A stretch of 59,794 nucleotides of DNA, filler included. It is 5 parts of 5 records of this genome, joined end to end, with 100 filler letters (N's around TTAATTAATTAA, not from the genome) between each part and the next. Parts side by side here need not be neighbours in the genome. Positions count along the whole stretch, not along the records: positions 54,710 to 59,794 come from SRR31147125_5469; 4 more parts are not named here. One strand, written 5' to 3'. The position numbers and the translations under genes are program-made. The notes under the pieces were generated by a model, which saw only the letters and a program-made list of their open reading frames with translations, was not told the origin of the DNA and ran no database searches. Below, piece after piece: positions 58,314-59,794 of this stretch (the first letter of the stretch is position 1; each line of letters begins with the position of its first letter).

Positions 58314-58921
58314 TGGAAAACATGGTCAGCCTTTTCGTCAATTCAGTCTTTGTGGGCAATATCTTATTGGCCTATTTCCTCGGGATGTGCTCTTACCTGT
58401 CGGTCTCCAAAAACCTGCGGACCAGCTTAGGTCTTGGGCTGGCCGTCACCTTCGTCATGACCATCACCACACCGGCCAACTGGCTGCTCTATCACTATCT
58501 ACTGGCACCGGGCGCACTCTCCTGGGCCGGCTTGCCGAATGTGGATCTGGGTTTTTTGAAACTGGTGCTCTTCATCGCCACCATTGCCGGGATCGTTCAG
58601 GTGGTCGAGATGGTGATCGACCGATATTCCCAGGGGCTCTACAACGCATTGGGTGTCTTCCTGCCATTGATCACGGTCAACTGCGCCATACTGGGCGCAT
58701 CCCTCTTTATGGTCGAACGGCGCTACACCTTTGCCGAAACCATGGTCTACGGACTGGGATCGGGGCTCGGCTGGATGCTGGCCATCGTGGCCATGGCAAC
58801 GATCATGCAAAAGATCCGCTATGCGGATGTTCCCGAAGGTCTGCAGGGGTTCGGCATCCGCATGATCGTAACCGGATTGATGGCAATGGCCTTCATGCTC
58901 TTTTCGGGCATCACCTTGTAG
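58313..58921 (+). CDS. nqrE: Na+-NQR subunit E
   Basis: [28 protein letters not shown] and [12 protein letters not shown] motifs; ATG overlaps the nqrD stop. Confidence 0.95.
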   Translation: MENMVSLFVNSVFVGNILLAYFLGMCSYLSVSKNLRTSLGLGLAVTFVMTITTPANWLLYHYLLAPGALSWAGLPNVDLGFLKLVLFIATIAGIVQVVEMVIDRYSQGLYNALGVFLPLITVNCAILGASLFMVERRYTFAETMVYGLGSGLGWMLAIVAMATIMQKIRYADVPEGLQGFGIRMIVTGLMAMAFMLFSGITL

Positions 58922-58956
58922 ATCCCTTTGATCCAAAGAAGGAGGCAACTTCCGAC

Positions 58957-59794
58957 ATGCCTGCAATATATCTGATAAGCCTGGCGGTTTTCCTGGGCGT
59001 GGTCCTGACACTCGTGGGAATCCTCCTGCTGGTGGAATCCCAGTTGACGGTCAAAGGCGATCAGCGCATCGTTATCAACGGAGACGAAAGCAAGAGCGTC
59101 GCCACCCCAGGTGGTAAAACATTGCTCAGCGCCTTGATCGAGAACCAGATCTATCTGCCCAGTGCCTGCGGCGGCAAAGGCACCTGCGGTACGTGCAAAT
59201 GCAAGGTGATTGACGGCGGCGGCGACATTCTGCCTACCGAGCTGTCACTGGTCAGCCGCAAAGAACGCGCCGAGCAGATTCGACTGGCATGCCAGGTCAA
59301 GGTCAAGCAGGAGATGGCGATCCGCATACCCGATGAGATCTTCAATATCCAAAAGTACACTGCTACCGTGGTCTCCAATGACAATGTCGCCACCTTTATA
59401 AAAGAGCTTGCCATCAAACTCGACGACGGCCAAACCATCGACTTCAAAGCCGGCGCCTACATGCAGATCGACATCCCGGAATACGAAGCCGACTTCAAAA
59501 ATTTCAGTGTAGCCGAGCAGTACAAGGCGGCCTGGAAACAGTTCAACCTTTTGACCCTTAAATCCAAATCGGACACGCCGGCAAATCGGGCCTACTCCCT
59601 GGCCAACCCGCCCATCGAGACCGACCTGCTGAAGTTCACCATCCGCATCGCCACGCCGCCGCCAGGCGTTGAAGCGGCCCCTCCAGGCGTGGGCAGCTCC
59701 TACGTGTTCAACCTCAAACCCGGCGATCGGGTGACGATCAGCGGTCCCTATGGAGATTTTTTCGCCAAAAAGACCGAGCGGGAGATGTGCTTTT
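58957..59794 (+). CDS. nqrF: Na+-NQR subunit F, 3' truncated (absent from the ORF track)
   Basis: GGAGG RBS; N-terminal TM helix, SACGGKGTCGTC 2Fe-2S motif, RLACQVKV, RAYSLAN FAD motif, RIATPP and SGPYGDF. Confidence 0.93.
   Translation, partial: MPAIYLISLAVFLGVVLTLVGILLLVESQLTVKGDQRIVINGDESKSVATPGGKTLLSALIENQIYLPSACGGKGTCGTCKCKVIDGGGDILPTELSLVSRKERAEQIRLACQVKVKQEMAIRIPDEIFNIQKYTATVVSNDNVATFIKELAIKLDDGQTIDFKAGAYMQIDIPEYEADFKNFSVAEQYKAAWKQFNLLTLKSKSDTPANRAYSLANPPIETDLLKFTIRIATPPPGVEAAPPGVGSSYVFNLKPGDRVTISGPYGDFFAKKTEREMCF

Overview
This window is not one locus. It is five separate contigs joined by four 100-nt artificial spacers (N-run + TTAATTAATTAA + N-run at 25222-25321, 35505-35604, 46575-46674 and 54610-54709). 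(1) 1-25221, AT-rich, Clostridia-like: an anaerobic cobalamin operon with embedded hem genes (cbiA' cbiC D E T cobD cbiF G H J cbiP cbiB hemA sirC hemC cobA/hemD hemB hemL cbiL). It is followed by an uncharacterised corrinoid methyl-transfer module: DUF2284, an MtaA/URO-D-family methyltransferase fused to a thioredoxin domain, a CobW GTPase, a PocR-AraC regulator, a corrinoid protein, an ASKHA reductive activator and a TauE transporter. (2) 25322-35504, Bacteroidales-like: spondin-domain lipoprotein, a two-component system with a frameshifted kinase, a PHP / aldolase-SDR / SorE-like / transaldolase sugar operon, and adenosine deaminase. (3) 35605-46574, higher GC, Clostridia (Oscillospiraceae-like): aconitase-like hydratase, nucleotidyltransferase, icd, two ptb-buk pairs flanking rplJ-rplL with an L10 leader, and an alanine/glycine symporter. 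(4) 46675-54609, Bacteroidales-like: GHL10-GT2-DUF4922-SpoIID-AmpG cluster, a BadF-type sugar kinase, and a candidate structured sRNA. The terminal 24 nt of this contig are the exact reverse complement of the terminal 24 nt of contig 2. (5) 54710-59794, Deltaproteobacteria-like: nqrA-F, in which NqrA keeps two intact 4Fe-4S motifs. The best novelty candidates are the corrinoid methyltransferase module with its shared operator, the GGTTTAG-repeat sRNA, and the GT2/DUF4922/SpoIID/AmpG and PHP/aldolase-SDR/SorE pathways. All calls and taxonomic guesses come from motif recognition; no database searches were run.
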